From Diplonema japonicum (lineage: Eukaryota > Protista > Euglenozoa: Diplonemea): a DNA stretch of 64,000 nucleotides. The position numbers were made by a program, and so were the translations under genes. The notes under the pieces are model-generated. The model was not told the DNA's origin. It made no database searches and was given only the letters and a program-made list of their open reading frames with translations. The stretch covers positions 310,001 through 374,000 of the forward strand of contig OZ025697.1 of the NCBI GenBank assembly GCA_964019335.1. The letters are read 5' to 3'. Positions 1-12,300 of the stretch are shown here, piece by piece (the stretch's first letter is position 1; each line of letters starts with the position of its first letter).

Positions 1-127
1 TCCGTTCCACCGTGAAGGCGTCGCCTATCTTTTTATGCAGCTCGTCCATTGCTGGTAACATTGTGAAGGCCAGCTCTATGTTCTTCTTTGTGCCGTGTAC
101 ATCGGCTGCTACTAGGAGCACGTACAT
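1..127 (-). CDS. BILBO1 N-terminal-domain family protein, 5' part only (runs off the window start)
   Basis: Not in the ORF track. Manual translation from ATG at 127 gives MYVLLVAADVHGTKKNIELAFTMLPAMDELHKKIGDAFTVER. This matches the trypanosome BILBO1 NTD pattern (V-A-A-D-x-x-x-x-K-x-N-x-E-L-x-F-x-x-x-P-x-x-x-E-L). Confidence 0.75.
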   Translation of the reverse strand, partial: MYVLLVAADVHGTKKNIELAFTMLPAMDELHKKIGDAFTVER

Positions 128-207
128 TTGAAACACTGTTGAAGTGGTGGTGCGGTGTGTGACAAAAAAAGAGGGGATAAATTCTAACTGAGAAACCCCC
201 CTAAAAT

Positions 208-3132
208 CTAGATGTAATATTTTCTACCTGTTGCTGTTCGGAAATGTGTGCTTCCCTGTTTTTTTTTTTTTTTTTTTTTTTCTTTTCAATCCATTACCTG
301 CATTGTTCTTGCCTGTGCTTTTCGGACAATGCGAAGCCTCTCCCGAACCGCCTTCATGAAGGCGAAGAAGTCCCATTTTCGTTCCCCCCATTTTCCCGAG
401 ACTGCCTCTTCTTGCATACAAGCTATCGAATCAAGAGCCGCACTGTATTTGTTTTTTTTTTGCCCCCCCTCTTTTCTTTTTGCCGCCGTTATTGATGCAT
501 ACCCATGCCACACCACGAAGTTCGGTGCGTCCAAAGGGGCCAGCGCCCTGTATTCATCGAGGGTAAGGATTTTACCCTTATCCCTTCGTTTTGTCATATG
601 TTTGTACATTGCTTGTGGGTCCTTTAGATGGGCGAACAGCAGAGCAGGATGCGTGGCGTACGGGCATCCCCCGAGCACAGTGGGTTCTGAACATGTTCCT
701 TCACTTTCAAAGTTACTAGCGTTCTTGGTGAACACGTTTTGCGTGAGGATGCTCGCTCGTTTCAAGAGATCCCATTTCAACCCCACTGCCTCCTGTTCAT
801 TGGTAGCCCTCGACACAGGGGGCGACAGGGATCTTGCATGTACTTCCGATCCTCCAAACCGCGAATTCGTTTGCATGTAACTACTCTCCGTTACTTTCGA
901 CCGCCCAGACACAGATGACCTCCTGCTGGGTACAAGCCCCTCGGACGCTGCCAGGTTCGCCTTGATATGCCCTCGCAGACTCGTTTTCATGGACAAAGGT
1001 CTCTGCGGGAAGGTTGTCATGAACGATGAACTAACCGGCAGGCTCCCTATTTCGTCCTCCGGGAAGGCAGGGACAGGTGTCGACTTCGAACGCTTCTTGA
1101 AGTGCGGGATGTCTGGCTTCCTCTCCGTTCTTTCCATCACCGGCTTCCTGATGTGCTGCACCTTTTGCTTCTCGGGAACTGGTTTGCTCGGTTTCGGAGG
1201 AGCGCTTCGTGTCCGCACACGTTGGCTAACTTGTTGTGGCTCCCTGTGTACTTGTTTCGGTTCCCGTTCAACTTGTTTCTCTCGTGACACATTTACCTTT
1301 CGCTCCTCTGACTTTCCCCCGTCAAGTCGTGTTGAGGAGTTCCATCCCTGTGAGGCAGGCGACGTGCTGGAGGATCTTGCAGGGGACACACTGTGTGCGC
1401 TCAGTTTGCTCACGTCACCACTTCTCAGCTGCGGTGAGGTGCTGCGGCGTGCAATCCTTGTCGAACCCGTTTCTTCACCACCTGTCTCACTTTTCCTCCC
1501 ACCCACCCTGCGTGGAAGCGTTGTGCCACGGTCCCGCGCCCTCTCGGGCCACACATTCAACGGGCTGTATGACGGCTTCCTCCTCTCCTTCTCCCTCTCC
1601 TTTTCCTTCTCCTTCTCTCTTGCTTTCTCCCTTTCTCTTGCCTTCTCCTTCTCTCTTGCCTTCTCCCTCTCTCTCGCCTTCTCCTTCTCCCTCTCCTTCT
1701 CTCTCTCTCTTTCTTTTTCTTTTTCCTTCGCTTTCTTCTGACTAATCGAATTACCGCGTGCACCATCCCTGGTACTGTATATCGGCGACACGCTAGGCTC
1801 CCTTACAAAAGCGCGGCTGCCTTTCAGAGTTGCTTGCGACGATGTGCTGTGTTTCCTCTCGGCAGGGTTCGCTCTGTTGGGGGAGATTGACGTGCCGGTA
1901 CTTCGAGTGAGCCGCTCCGGCGATGGCTTGGACTCTTTCGTGGGCGAGGTGAAGTGCCGTCTTGGGGGCGAACTGCGGGCAGGCTCCGCACGCGCTGGGA
2001 ACAAAGCACAGCTTTCGATCGAAGTGCCACGTGTATGTGTAGAGCGCACAGGACGCACGGGGGTGGTATCGCAGCGGGGTGTCGTCACAGGGGACGGGGA
2101 GGGAGGTGGGGTCCTTCTAGGGGTGGATACTGGGGAATCGGAATGCTCTATTGCTGGGTACCCCCGCATATCCCTAAGAGGAGAGGTAGACACATCATGC
2201 TGCACCGGCTGCGGGGACGTGGCAACGGTACGCTGCACGGGCAGAGGAATCGGGGCTGGAGCAGGAGCAGGTGCCGGCGCAACAAGCGGAGAAACAGAAG
2301 GCGAGTCTATAGGCGTCGTGATAGGCGACGTGCTCTGCGCTCTCGACAGCGCAAGTATCGGGGAGGTGCCCACATCGTTATGGCTAACATCTGCCCCACT
2401 CGCTACACTTGTCACCCCTCTTGGTGACGCGCTTTCGACTGTGTACGTTGTGATGACAGACGCCCTGCGCGACTGTTTCACTATCTGCTCTGCTATCCTG
2501 TCTTCAAGAGAGCTTGCTTTGCTCATCTTATCCATGTCAATAGATTCCTTCAAAGACGGCTTAGTGGGCACAGCAACCCTTGTCTGGGATGATTGAACGC
2601 TCGTCTCGTAACTGCTCATCGGCACTGCTGGGATTTCGACTGTAGACGTGACACGCTTCTCCGTCTGGCTGAGGAGAGAGAGGAGGTGGTCCCTGTGGTG
2701 GGTGTCATGCTGTCTTTGTCTTATTGGGGAGATGTCTCTAAAGGGAGAGATCCTCCCGCAGGGTAGAGGTGGAGAGACAGCGGCTTTAATCGGGCTGAAG
2801 TTAGGTGCCGTGAAGACGAAGACAGGTGAGGTAGGAGAAGGGCGAGCGTTGAGGGGCGGGGGAGGCGACCAGTCACGTGAGTGCACTCGTGTTGTGGTCC
2901 TCGGTGGTGGAAAAGACACGGGAGTGGGTGAGGGCACATGCACATGCACAGGCGAAACATCCCTCGAGCACCCCACGTCTTGCTTCACAGCCAGCACCTT
3001 CACTAAGTCGGCAATCTCTTTTTTCAGCTCACCCAACGAGGTCACAACCTTTCTGTTGTACACGGGTTCCACAGAGGGCTGCTTCTCTCTTTTGCCGCTA
3101 CATCCTTTGAGGTACTTATCCAAGATGTCCAT
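208..3132 (-). CDS. Ser/Pro-rich, largely disordered hypothetical protein with a KE/RE charged tract (~960 aa, 2 exons)
   Basis: Long ORF with likely start MDILDKY at 3132, after a pyrimidine tract and AG. GT-AG intron 297->256 (42 nt) gives the C-terminus ...RTMQ|GSTHFRTATGRKYYI*. Confidence 0.75.
1585..1737. repeat. Low-complexity CT-rich repeat encoding a (KEKERE/KAREREK)n charged helix
   Basis: Imperfect tandem repeats of ccttctcc/ctctct, visible in both DNA and translation. Confidence 0.85.
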
Positions 3133-3261
3133 TGACACCCCTCCCAACCTGTCAATACGGTACAACGGGAGGGGGGGGGGGGGGGAGGGTGCAATACAAA
3201 CAAAAGGACAAACTAAAGGATACAAACAGGTACAAAAAAAAAAAAAAACTATTCCATGTAC

Positions 3262-4041
3262 TCAACGTGTCGGGGATGTGGTACGGTAAGGGGAGTGTGA
3301 CCGCCTGGTCTTGGTAGGCGTCCATGGGCGGGATGGGGCTTCGCCGAGCATGAGGGGCAACGTGACGAGGGAACCATGTCGCTCGACGACAAGTGTAATG
3401 ATGGCGTGCGGTTCGTAGCCAGCGAGAAGCCCACGGAGGTCAGCACGGCAGGTGACAGGGTGCCCGTCGATCATGATGATGAGGTCGTTGGGGAAGACCC
3501 CTGCCACCTCACACGGCCCGTTGAGATTGATGGTAAGGATCTTGACACCCTTTCTGTGGTCTTCAGCAACCTCTGCGCCTATGATGCAAGGGACCCTCAC
3601 CCTCTGGGGGGACGGGACCCTAACAGGTGTAACAACCTCCATAGGGAGGACAGGTGGAATCACAGGGACAGGGATAGGTATCGTCTTCTCGTTCAACACC
3701 GCCATCTCCTTTAACAATGAGGCGAACGCAGGTAGCCCGTGGAGGCATCGCATCTTCGCTAGTGGGTCGCTGCTGGTGTTCGCAACCTGCATTTCATAAC
3801 CTGATAGCTGCAGGAGATCCATCAAGCCCCTTACTGTTTCCTCTAGTTGCTTGGTTCTCTCGTTCCCTTCCCGTACTTCTCTCCTCAGCTCTTCCATCTC
3901 CCCCTCCATAGGCCCCGATGTGGCCTGGTACTGTGGGGCAACATGCACCTCCCTTTCCCTCCTTGGGCTCACAGGCAGCATACCCGCAATTTCCTCCAAT
4001 CTGCTGACCTGATCCTCCGCCCGCTTTATACTCTCCGCCAT
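3262..4041 (-). CDS. Coiled-coil plus PDZ-domain protein (~259 aa)
   Basis: Start MAESIK at 4041. Heptad region EMEELRREVREGNERTKQLEETV. PDZ-like segment IIGAEVAE..KGVKILTINLNGPCEVAGVFPNDLIIMIDGHPV...ITLVVERHG. Confidence 0.8.
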   Translation of the reverse strand: MAESIKRAEDQVSRLEEIAGMLPVSPRREREVHVAPQYQATSGPMEGEMEELRREVREGNERTKQLEETVRGLMDLLQLSGYEMQVANTSSDPLAKMRCLHGLPAFASLLKEMAVLNEKTIPIPVPVIPPVLPMEVVTPVRVPSPQRVRVPCIIGAEVAEDHRKGVKILTINLNGPCEVAGVFPNDLIIMIDGHPVTCRADLRGLLAGYEPHAIITLVVERHGSLVTLPLMLGEAPSRPWTPTKTRRSHSPYRTTSPTR

Positions 4042-4282
4042 TTTATTTTCTTTGTGGATGGACCTGTATTGGTTAACTGAGAAGAGAATAAGAAGGGGAA
4101 GAAGAAGAAGAAAAAAAAAAAGAAAAAAAAAAAACAGGGAGAGAGAGAGGGCAGGGAAAACTTGGGTTAGATATTGCCCTGAGCCCTCATCCACCCCTTT
4201 TAATAAGAGAGGGAAATTAACTGGGAGGGAAATAGGAGAAGAAATAATAATCGGAGGGTGAGGGGAGGGGGGTAAGAAAAAG

Positions 4283-5170
4283 CTAAACCAGCTTCCCCTC
4301 CACCCTGGCTTCTCGTATGTGTCCTACCATTTTGCGGAAAGCTCCCCATTCGGTGTTGAGGTTGAAGGTCATCTTCCCTGTGGCATCGATTCTAATATTT
4401 TCGGGAACAGGCACGAGACGGTAGGGATCGGCCGCGTTTATCTTATATGGTTTAACAGATGTGGGTGGTTTAATATACACGGCGGGTGCCTCGTCAGAAG
4501 GGTTGAGCTTTGAACGAAGCAAGCGATGACGCCGGTCAGGATCGTCATGGACCCGATTGTGTTTTGTTGAACCACACCGGCATCTACTTCGCTTCAGTGT
4601 GCAATCGCTACAAGAGCAAGCGCAGCGTCTGTCGGACAACCGGCATTGAGGGCAAAACCCAACACGAGATGGCACGGAGTGTGTGATTTTCCTTTTTTTC
4701 TCATGAAAAAAATAACTGTCTTCGATTTCATAACTGTGACACAGACCGTGACCATCATCATCATCATCATCTTGATCGTGTGGCTCGGTGCCGCGTGGAA
4801 CCACGGGAAGAGGTGTATTATGTTTATAGAACATTTCCGTCCTCTCCTTGACAGTGTCGCACCCGGAGAGTAGGATCTTCCACCAGTCCTTTAGGCCGTC
4901 GTACCACACACCGAGGGCTTGTCGTCTAACCGCGACTTTCCTTTGCCAGTACCCTTGTTTATCACCGTACTGAATCCCTGCCCAGCAGGTTTCACAGAAA
5001 TTTACGAAATCTGTTCGATCTAAATACAGTAGGAGGGCTGCTACGATATCGTGGGGAAGCTCTACGTTGTTTAGATGCAGGCCCTTGATCTCAAATTCGG
5101 ACCGGGTTTCCTCTTTTTTCTCTGGGTAGAAATCGGCTGTGTACTTTGTGCGGGTACTATACCTGCACAT
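4283..5170 (-). CDS. F-box-like protein with a Cys-rich cluster (~295 aa)
   Basis: LPHDIVAALLLYLDRTDFVNFCETC...YW fits the F-box consensus. CPQCRLSDRRCACSCSDCTLKRSRCRC is a putative metal-binding cluster. The start codon is uncertain. Confidence 0.6.
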   Translation of the reverse strand: MCRYSTRTKYTADFYPEKKEETRSEFEIKGLHLNNVELPHDIVAALLLYLDRTDFVNFCETCWAGIQYGDKQGYWQRKVAVRRQALGVWYDGLKDWWKILLSGCDTVKERTEMFYKHNTPLPVVPRGTEPHDQDDDDDDGHGLCHSYEIEDSYFFHEKKRKITHSVPSRVGFCPQCRLSDRRCACSCSDCTLKRSRCRCGSTKHNRVHDDPDRRHRLLRSKLNPSDEAPAVYIKPPTSVKPYKINAADPYRLVPVPENIRIDATGKMTFNLNTEWGAFRKMVGHIREARVEGKLV

Positions 5171-6226
5171 TCCCCCCCCCTTTTTTTTATAATTCCTTTT
5201 TTTTTTTTTTTTTTTTTTGCTTTTTTTTTTTTGCTTTTTTTGAAAAGGGAGAATCGGAGTAGAATAAATGAAATTTGGCGGAAAATAATATAAAAAAAGG
5301 GGGAGTCCGGAGAGGGAAAGAGAGGAAAGGGGAGGGAGAAAGAGAGGAGGGAGAGAACCCACCCTCTTTTTTTTTTTTTAAAAGTGTTTTTTTTTTCCTC
5401 CCCCCCCTCTCCCCCATTGGTTTTTTTTTTCTTTTTTATAAAAAAAGATTTTTGTGTTTTTATACACCCCGAAGGGAAAAAAAAAAGAGAAAAAAAAAAA
5501 GGGTGTGGAGGTACACCCATACCATTATTTGGTTGGTTTTTTTTTTTTTTCTCCCGTCTGCCCCAGAAAAAAAAGATAAAAAAAGAAGTTTTGAATCCGT
5601 GAGCCACCCCTTACTCCACTTATTTTTATTTATTCCTTCTTTCTTTTTTTCTTTTTTTCATTCTTGCTGCACCTGTGCGTCTACACTGTGTAGGAATATA
5701 TAAAAGGGGAGGGGGGAATCTCCTCAAAAAAAAAACTATCGGTATTCTGGCCCCTCACCCCCCTCCTTTTTTTTAAAGCCTTTCATAAAAGGTTATGCAA
5801 AAAAAAAAAAAAAAAAAAAAAAAAGAGAGCCGCGCCGCCAAAAAACGATATTCAGTTCTCAGAAGTACTTCTATTGACAATCTTTGTTTCAATGCGCCTT
5901 TTTTTTTTTTTTTTTTTTTTTTAAAGGCTATCCCCGTTTTTTTTTTAGACCTCTCTGTAGTCAGAAGATACAGGTCAAGTAGATAGCAGAGTTCTTCTCG
6001 GTTTTGTTTTTTTTTTTTTTTCTTCTTTTTTTTTTCTCGTTCCCAGAAAAAAGGAAAAAAAAAAAAGAAAAAAACTGGACATAGGCGGGGAGAGAGACGG
6101 AAATACCTGCTTTCCTATTGTCCTTTTTTTCCCCCTCTCTATCTTCTCCCCCTTTTTTTTTCTTTTTTTTTTCTTCATGTTGTCAATTGTGCAATAGGGA
6201 GGAATAATGGGAAAGATTAAATACGG

Positions 6227-6258
<32 letters not shown>

Positions 6259-6553
6259 AAAAAAAAAGGAGGGAGGCTCGCAGTGTTTATTAAACAAAAA
6301 AAATTTCTTTTTTCTTTTTTTCTTTTGTTTTTTGCATCGTCTTCCCTGTCCAGGCAAGACCGTTTTTCTTTATTCATTTTGCGCTTTTTTTTCTTCTTCT
6401 TCTTTTTTAAAAGTGTGTGTCAAGGATTTTTTTTTCTTTGTTTTTTTTTTTTTTTTTTTTTTTTTTTTCCCTCTCTCTTTTGTTTGATATCGGATAAACA
6501 CTTTTTTTTTTCCCTTTTTTTTTTTTTTTTTTTTTTTTTCCCGTTCAATTTCT

Positions 6554-6640
6554 TTATTCATCCAGCCCAAGGCTTTTTTCATATCTTAGCAAAAGCTCCA
6601 TGAATCCCTTATTTGGGTTAATCATGGGTCGTCTAGATCT

Positions 6641-6688
<48 letters not shown>

Positions 6689-7224
6689 TTTTTTCTTCCC
6701 AACATACTTCACAAGCTCAATTGCAGCATCTCGTTTCAATTTCTTCATTTTCATAAGGTAAGAGATGACCATTGTTGCCGACCTCGATTGTCCTTTAAAA
6801 CAGTGTACCAAGCACCCCGCCTTCTTCTTCAGGGCTTCATCGATAAAGTTGTGGACCTGCTCGAATATCTTCCCAAGATCCGTGTCCACCAGATCATCAA
6901 CATTGCACTGCATGTGAACCATGTCTGGCGACGTAACGACACTCAACTCCCTCCCGATGCTTGCCAAGTAGGTAATGTTCAAAGCTGAATAAATGCGAAC
7001 TTCTTGTGCGCTGCGCAGGCTGCCCAGGTAGAGATCGGGGATAATCTTGTCAGGGAATATCTGGTTGAGCTGTACCGAGATGTTTTTGTTCGTCTCCAAG
7101 AGTGAGTCTCGCTGCTCCAAGAGGCTTGGAGAATTGTCCAAATAAACCACCAGTTTCTTACATTTCCAAATATTCGGATCTGTTGGGAGAGCCAGGTCGG
7201 GGTTTTCCACAATGTACAAAGTCT

Positions 7225-7269
<45 letters not shown>

Positions 7270-8574
7270 TTTCAAACCTCTAGGTTCTCCAGTTCACAGA
7301 GAGGTGTGGGGAACCCCACCACTTCGTTCCAGTCCAACCCCACTTTTTGCAGTTTTTTCAATTTTCGCATCCCGTGCGGGACTTCTCTGAGCTGGTTCTG
7401 GTCCAGCAGAAGCTCTGTCAATTCTCTACAATTCTCGATCTCGTCGGGCAGACGGGTTAGCGAGTTGCTCTTTGCCATGAAACTCTTGAGGTTCACAAGA
7501 GCCCCGATCCCATCGCCGAGGTCCGAGATGTCATTGTTGCTTATGTCCAAGCTTGTGATGTGCACACAGGTGGTGAACACCTCGATGGGCAACGCTGCAA
7601 GTTCAAGCTGTTAATAATAATAAAAAAAAAAATAATAATAATAATTACCTCAAAAAGATCGAGAACAGCGGCTTCATCCTCCACACATTCCTGTATCACC
7701 GTCATGGGGTCGGGGTTGTCATCTTGGGCGAGGGGAAACCCGGTCTTGGGAACACGGGCTTGGATAGAACTGTCGTCGCCGCTGAACGAACTCTGCTATT
7801 TTTTTTTTTTTTTTTTCTCTTTTTTTAAATTATTTTTCAAACCTCATCAGAATCGCAATAAGTTGGCGACGTGATACCCCGCGCCTCCTCCGAGGCGAAA
7901 TCTGAAGGGATCATGCTTCCAAAAGTCGAGCTGAGATGCCGTTGGGGGGGTCGTTGTAGCTGCTGCCCCAAATCATTTCCGGAGGCCAGTGACGCTGAGT
8001 GCGACACATTCTGGGGAGGTGTTGAGCTGCCATCCCGACTGTCGATCACCACCACACTCACGCCTGCTCCCTTCGGTGCCCCGTTCAGGATACACGTTTC
8101 CCTTGAAAAGAGAACATTCGACCGTTTTCGCTGTGTTGACCCCGGTGAGCCCATCAACCCCAACGGCGGTGAGAGGGGATCATCCATGGGCTGGTGATGG
8201 TAGAACCGGCTAGAATCGAACCCACATCGGGAAGACCGTTTTTTCGGTTTTCGGACAAGGCACGTCTGCGCCCTCGGCCGTAACGGAACACCAAGATCGC
8301 ATGAATCTTTAGAAATTTCAAAATGTCTTTCGTCGTTGGAAGTCATCTCACTTCCGCAGGGTATATCCATTACCATCAAGCCTGACCCAACGGTCACTTC
8401 TCCGAGTGTGTCCAGAGACGCCATTGGTGCAGGAGGTGGGGTAAAACATGTTTCCAGCCCTCTTCTTGCGCTGAAGAGTTTCGTTTCAGCTTCTTCATTC
8501 CTCGGGCTTAAAGGAAGCGGCCTCGACATTTTTCGCTTGCCTTTTTCCTTCTCCCCTCCTTCATCTTCTGGCAT
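6554..8574 (-). CDS. LRR plus dual-specificity protein phosphatase (LRR-DSP), ~601 aa, 5 exons
   Basis: GT-AG introns 7842->7793 (50), 7648->7608 (41), 7277->7223 (55) and 6707->6639 (69) join the ORFs in frame. LRR motifs include LDISNNDISDL and LLLDQNQLREVP. DSP motifs are LYLGS, VHCFKGQSRS and RPMINPNKGF. Confidence 0.9.
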
Positions 8575-9123
8575 GGCTTTTTTTTTCTTTTTTTTTTTTC
8601 TTCTTTTTTTTTACCGTCCCCCCACCCCCGCCCCGCCTCCTTGTTTTAAGAAAATTACGAGTTGTAAGGGAAAAAAAAAATTTTTTTTTCAATGGGAAAA
8701 AGAAGAAAAAAAAAAAATGTTGGGGGAGAAATTGGATCATTTAGCATCTTTTGTAAGAAGGATATAAAAATATTTTTGATTCTACATGAAATGAGGGGGG
8801 GGTGGAATAATCGCTATCGATTGAAAAAAGAAAGTAAAGGGGGATGGAGGGATAAAGGGAGGGAGAGTGGGCCATGTGGCCTTTTTTTTTATATACTTTT
8901 TTATGACAGAAAAAAAAATGAGGGTTGCCTCAAGTTATAAAAAAGAAAATATTTTTATCGAGGTAGGCCACGAACTTTTTTTTTTCTTGTTCCTTTTTTT
9001 CCCCCCTCGTCATTTGAAGACTATCACGGGTTGCCTTTAAGAAAAAAAAATTGAAAATTCACAAAACATATGGGTGGGGGAAGAAAGAGGAAAAAAAAAA
9101 GAAGAAAAAAAAAAACCAGACAG

Positions 9124-9170
<47 letters not shown>

Positions 9171-9233
9171 GGCGAGGAAAAAAAAAAAAAAAAAAATCGA
9201 TAAATGTTTTTTTTTTCGGATCCCTCATTATCA

Positions 9234-9269
<36 letters not shown>

Positions 9270-9335
9270 CGTTTGGGAAATGCAAGAATGCAATCCTTCT
9301 TTTGGGAGTGGGAGATAACTAAGAACTTTCCTTCT

Positions 9336-12300
9336 TCAGTTCAAAGCACTGTAATCGGTCGGATCGAGACCCGCTTGTGAAGGGTAGCTGCAGGACTCAA
9401 CAGAAAAGTAGGTCACCGTGAACCGGTGGATACCGTTATTCTGCTTCTTAATGTCAGGCGACCAGATCTGGAAATCCACCACCACTGTAGAATGCGGCCA
9501 CTTCACCAAAACATCCATCTCCTCAAAACTGTCCCCTCTCCCTTCACCAATACTGTTCACACCCGTAAGGTAAGGGACATGTTTGACAAAAACAACGCGC
9601 TCCGCTTGGCGGGGGGGATCGGTAGAGGATTCAGGCGGTTTGTTAGAAGCAATCTTCACTTCAATACCAGTGTCTTGATGTTCAGAATTGTCGGCGATAA
9701 AAAACCCCGCTTTTATTCGAATATGCGAACCCCCTGAAAGCGAGAGAATAGGGCTCATTAACGCGGTTCCAAAGTGTCGGTACACCACAACTCTTGACGA
9801 CAGGAATTTGTAGTTTTTAATATCCCATCTTACTAGAAGTTCGTCTGTCGCAAAGTCCAAGAGATCTTCGAAGTGAGAAATCCTGCAGAGCTTCGTCGTA
9901 CTGTCTTCCTCAATATGTTTTTCGTCGCAAGTTTCACCGCGCCACCCATAAGCGCAAGTTCCACAGTCGTGGCCTGACCAATGCCCTGCACACTGGCACC
10001 CGGACACCCCACACTTTCCGTTACCATTACATACCACTGTTTTTAGGACGCCGCGTGGGGTTGTCTTTTGAACTGCTCCCGGACAGGTACCAGCGTCGTG
10101 AAGGTTTTTCACGGCGAACCCTACCAAACCCACGGTGTCTACCTGAACCCGGCCTTCGCTTGCTGATGCGTTGACAACGAGTCTTATCACTTTAGACCTG
10201 TGTAGCACTGTGTGCTTGCCGATGCTGCTTGGGTTCAAAGACACCTTCGACATCAGGTGTTTGACCGAGCCCCCCTTCAAGGTGTATATTCTGGACAATC
10301 CGCTTTTAAAGAAGACCGGGTTCTGACGTTCCCATATCAGCTCGAAGTCGTTTCGGTTGACGTTGATCTGCGGGAGGGGGGGAAACAACAATTTTTTTTT
10401 TTTTTTTAAAAACACTAAAGTTTTGTTTACCGATGAAGACCCCACAGAGGGCGACGTTGAGGCAATCACATCATTATAAGGTGTGCTGTTGCCACGGTTC
10501 CCGATGGTGTCCGTTGCTTGTGCGGTGAGCTGAGGGGGGGTTTTTTTTTTCTTTTTTTCTTTTTATACCTTTGCGGCTCTTCTTTGCACGGTCAGAACCC
10601 CTTTTGTCCCGTTTGAGAATATGACGGGTTTTCCTGCGGAACCTCCTATCCCGGCGTCGGCACCCCCCGCAGCGGGTTGCGCCCATATCTGCACCACAGA
10701 CCCCGGGAAGTGGTTCTCAAACACCCACACATCAGTGATGAATACGGGGTCTGCATACTCCAACTCGATGTATCTTATTAATTTTTTTTTTACCCCCTTT
10801 TTTTTTTCCAACACGCATACTGCAACGACTCGTTCCACACTGTGTTGACGCACGTCTTGACGGATGACTTTACATCGCACGCAACCTGAAGCGGCTCCCA
10901 TGCTCGGTTCCTGTTGCTGGCATGTTTCCTGTGTTCGATTTCTTTCAAGCGAAGCAGCATACCCGAAGTATGTGTCGACGGCATCGGGCAACCCCAGCAC
11001 AGTGTGCACATTGCCTGGCTCTGTCTGGGTGGAGTAGTCGTTGACCTTGATAGGGTATTGGATGGGTCGGGTCTCTGTGGAAAACTGTCGGTTGTTTTCA
11101 GGGACGGGGTCGCCTTCTTCTCTTGCCTCTGGAGGGCGGAGTGGGGTGTCGCTGCCCTTACACTCTGGACCCGACCACCCTGAAGCGCATCGCCCACAGC
11201 TGTTGCCGCTCCAGAATCCACTTTCGCTGCTGTAGTCACACAAGCATTCACCGTTTTCGCATGTTCCATGTGCTCCGCAGTCGCCTTTTCTGTCGGTTCC
11301 CACTTGCACATTGCCGCATGTCCTCGGGACTGTGCTGCCTTCAACACATGTCTGGCATGCAGGACACGACTGCAGTTCATCTGTGTTCACATCCACCCAG
11401 TCGCACACACCCATGTTAGTGCATGACCTGCATGACTCTGTGCACCTGTTGTGGTGTTGGTGGCTACTCTTTTTTTTATCGTTTTTATCGTCTCACATAC
11501 GCGGTGTTGCAGCACAGCCCTCCCACGCAGTGTCCAGAGGCGCATAGTTTATCACTGTCACAAGCAGCACCAAGTGCCCTTCGTGGTTCACACCTGTGTC
11601 GCATGCAGTGGTACCCCTCTACACAATCAGAAGCCACCTGGCACACCACACTGCAGGTCTTCTTGGTACATCGGTACGGGCTGTATTGATTGGCAAACAA
11701 AGAAGAAAGCATACCGGCAGGTCTCGTCGATGCTGCACGCCACCCCATTAATCGGGGCTGAGCTGGGGGGTGCCCACCAAGGCATGAGCCTAGCGATTTT
11801 GAAGCCGCCATTAACAGGGATGGAGACCTTCAAACACTTCGCAGGCACGTCACCGATGTAGCATCTCCTGTCAATGCTGTCTGGGTCCTGGTACCCTTGT
11901 AGGAGGATATCTCCCTGCACGCACTTGGCACTGGCACAGTAGTGCAGTGGGGCGCAATGCACGTCAAGGTAGCAGGATGTCCTGCACACAGCATTATCGA
12001 GGGGTGCGATGCTCAAGGCGACACCGCATGCATACGGCGTGCAGAAGTCAGCGTCGGCCAATGCACAGCTACCACTGCTTGTGGACGAGCCAAGGAGGCA
12101 CTCACCATTGACACAGTGGTGCGTTCTCGCGCAGTGCGTGTCCACAGAACACGATGTTCTGCACGCAGATCCCGAGAAGTGCTGCTGGGTATTGTTCTTC
12201 CCGCAGCAGTATCCATTGCAGCTGTCGTGTGAGAAACAAAGGTTAGGATCGGCAGACACCACGCATGTACCGGAACCCGTTGCACTGTTTTCCGTGAAGT

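Noticed and set aside
5300-6500. Possible micro-exon gene or snoRNAs among the homopolymer tracts
   Set aside because: I could not assemble a consistent frame or a complete C/D box pair. It needs RNA-seq.
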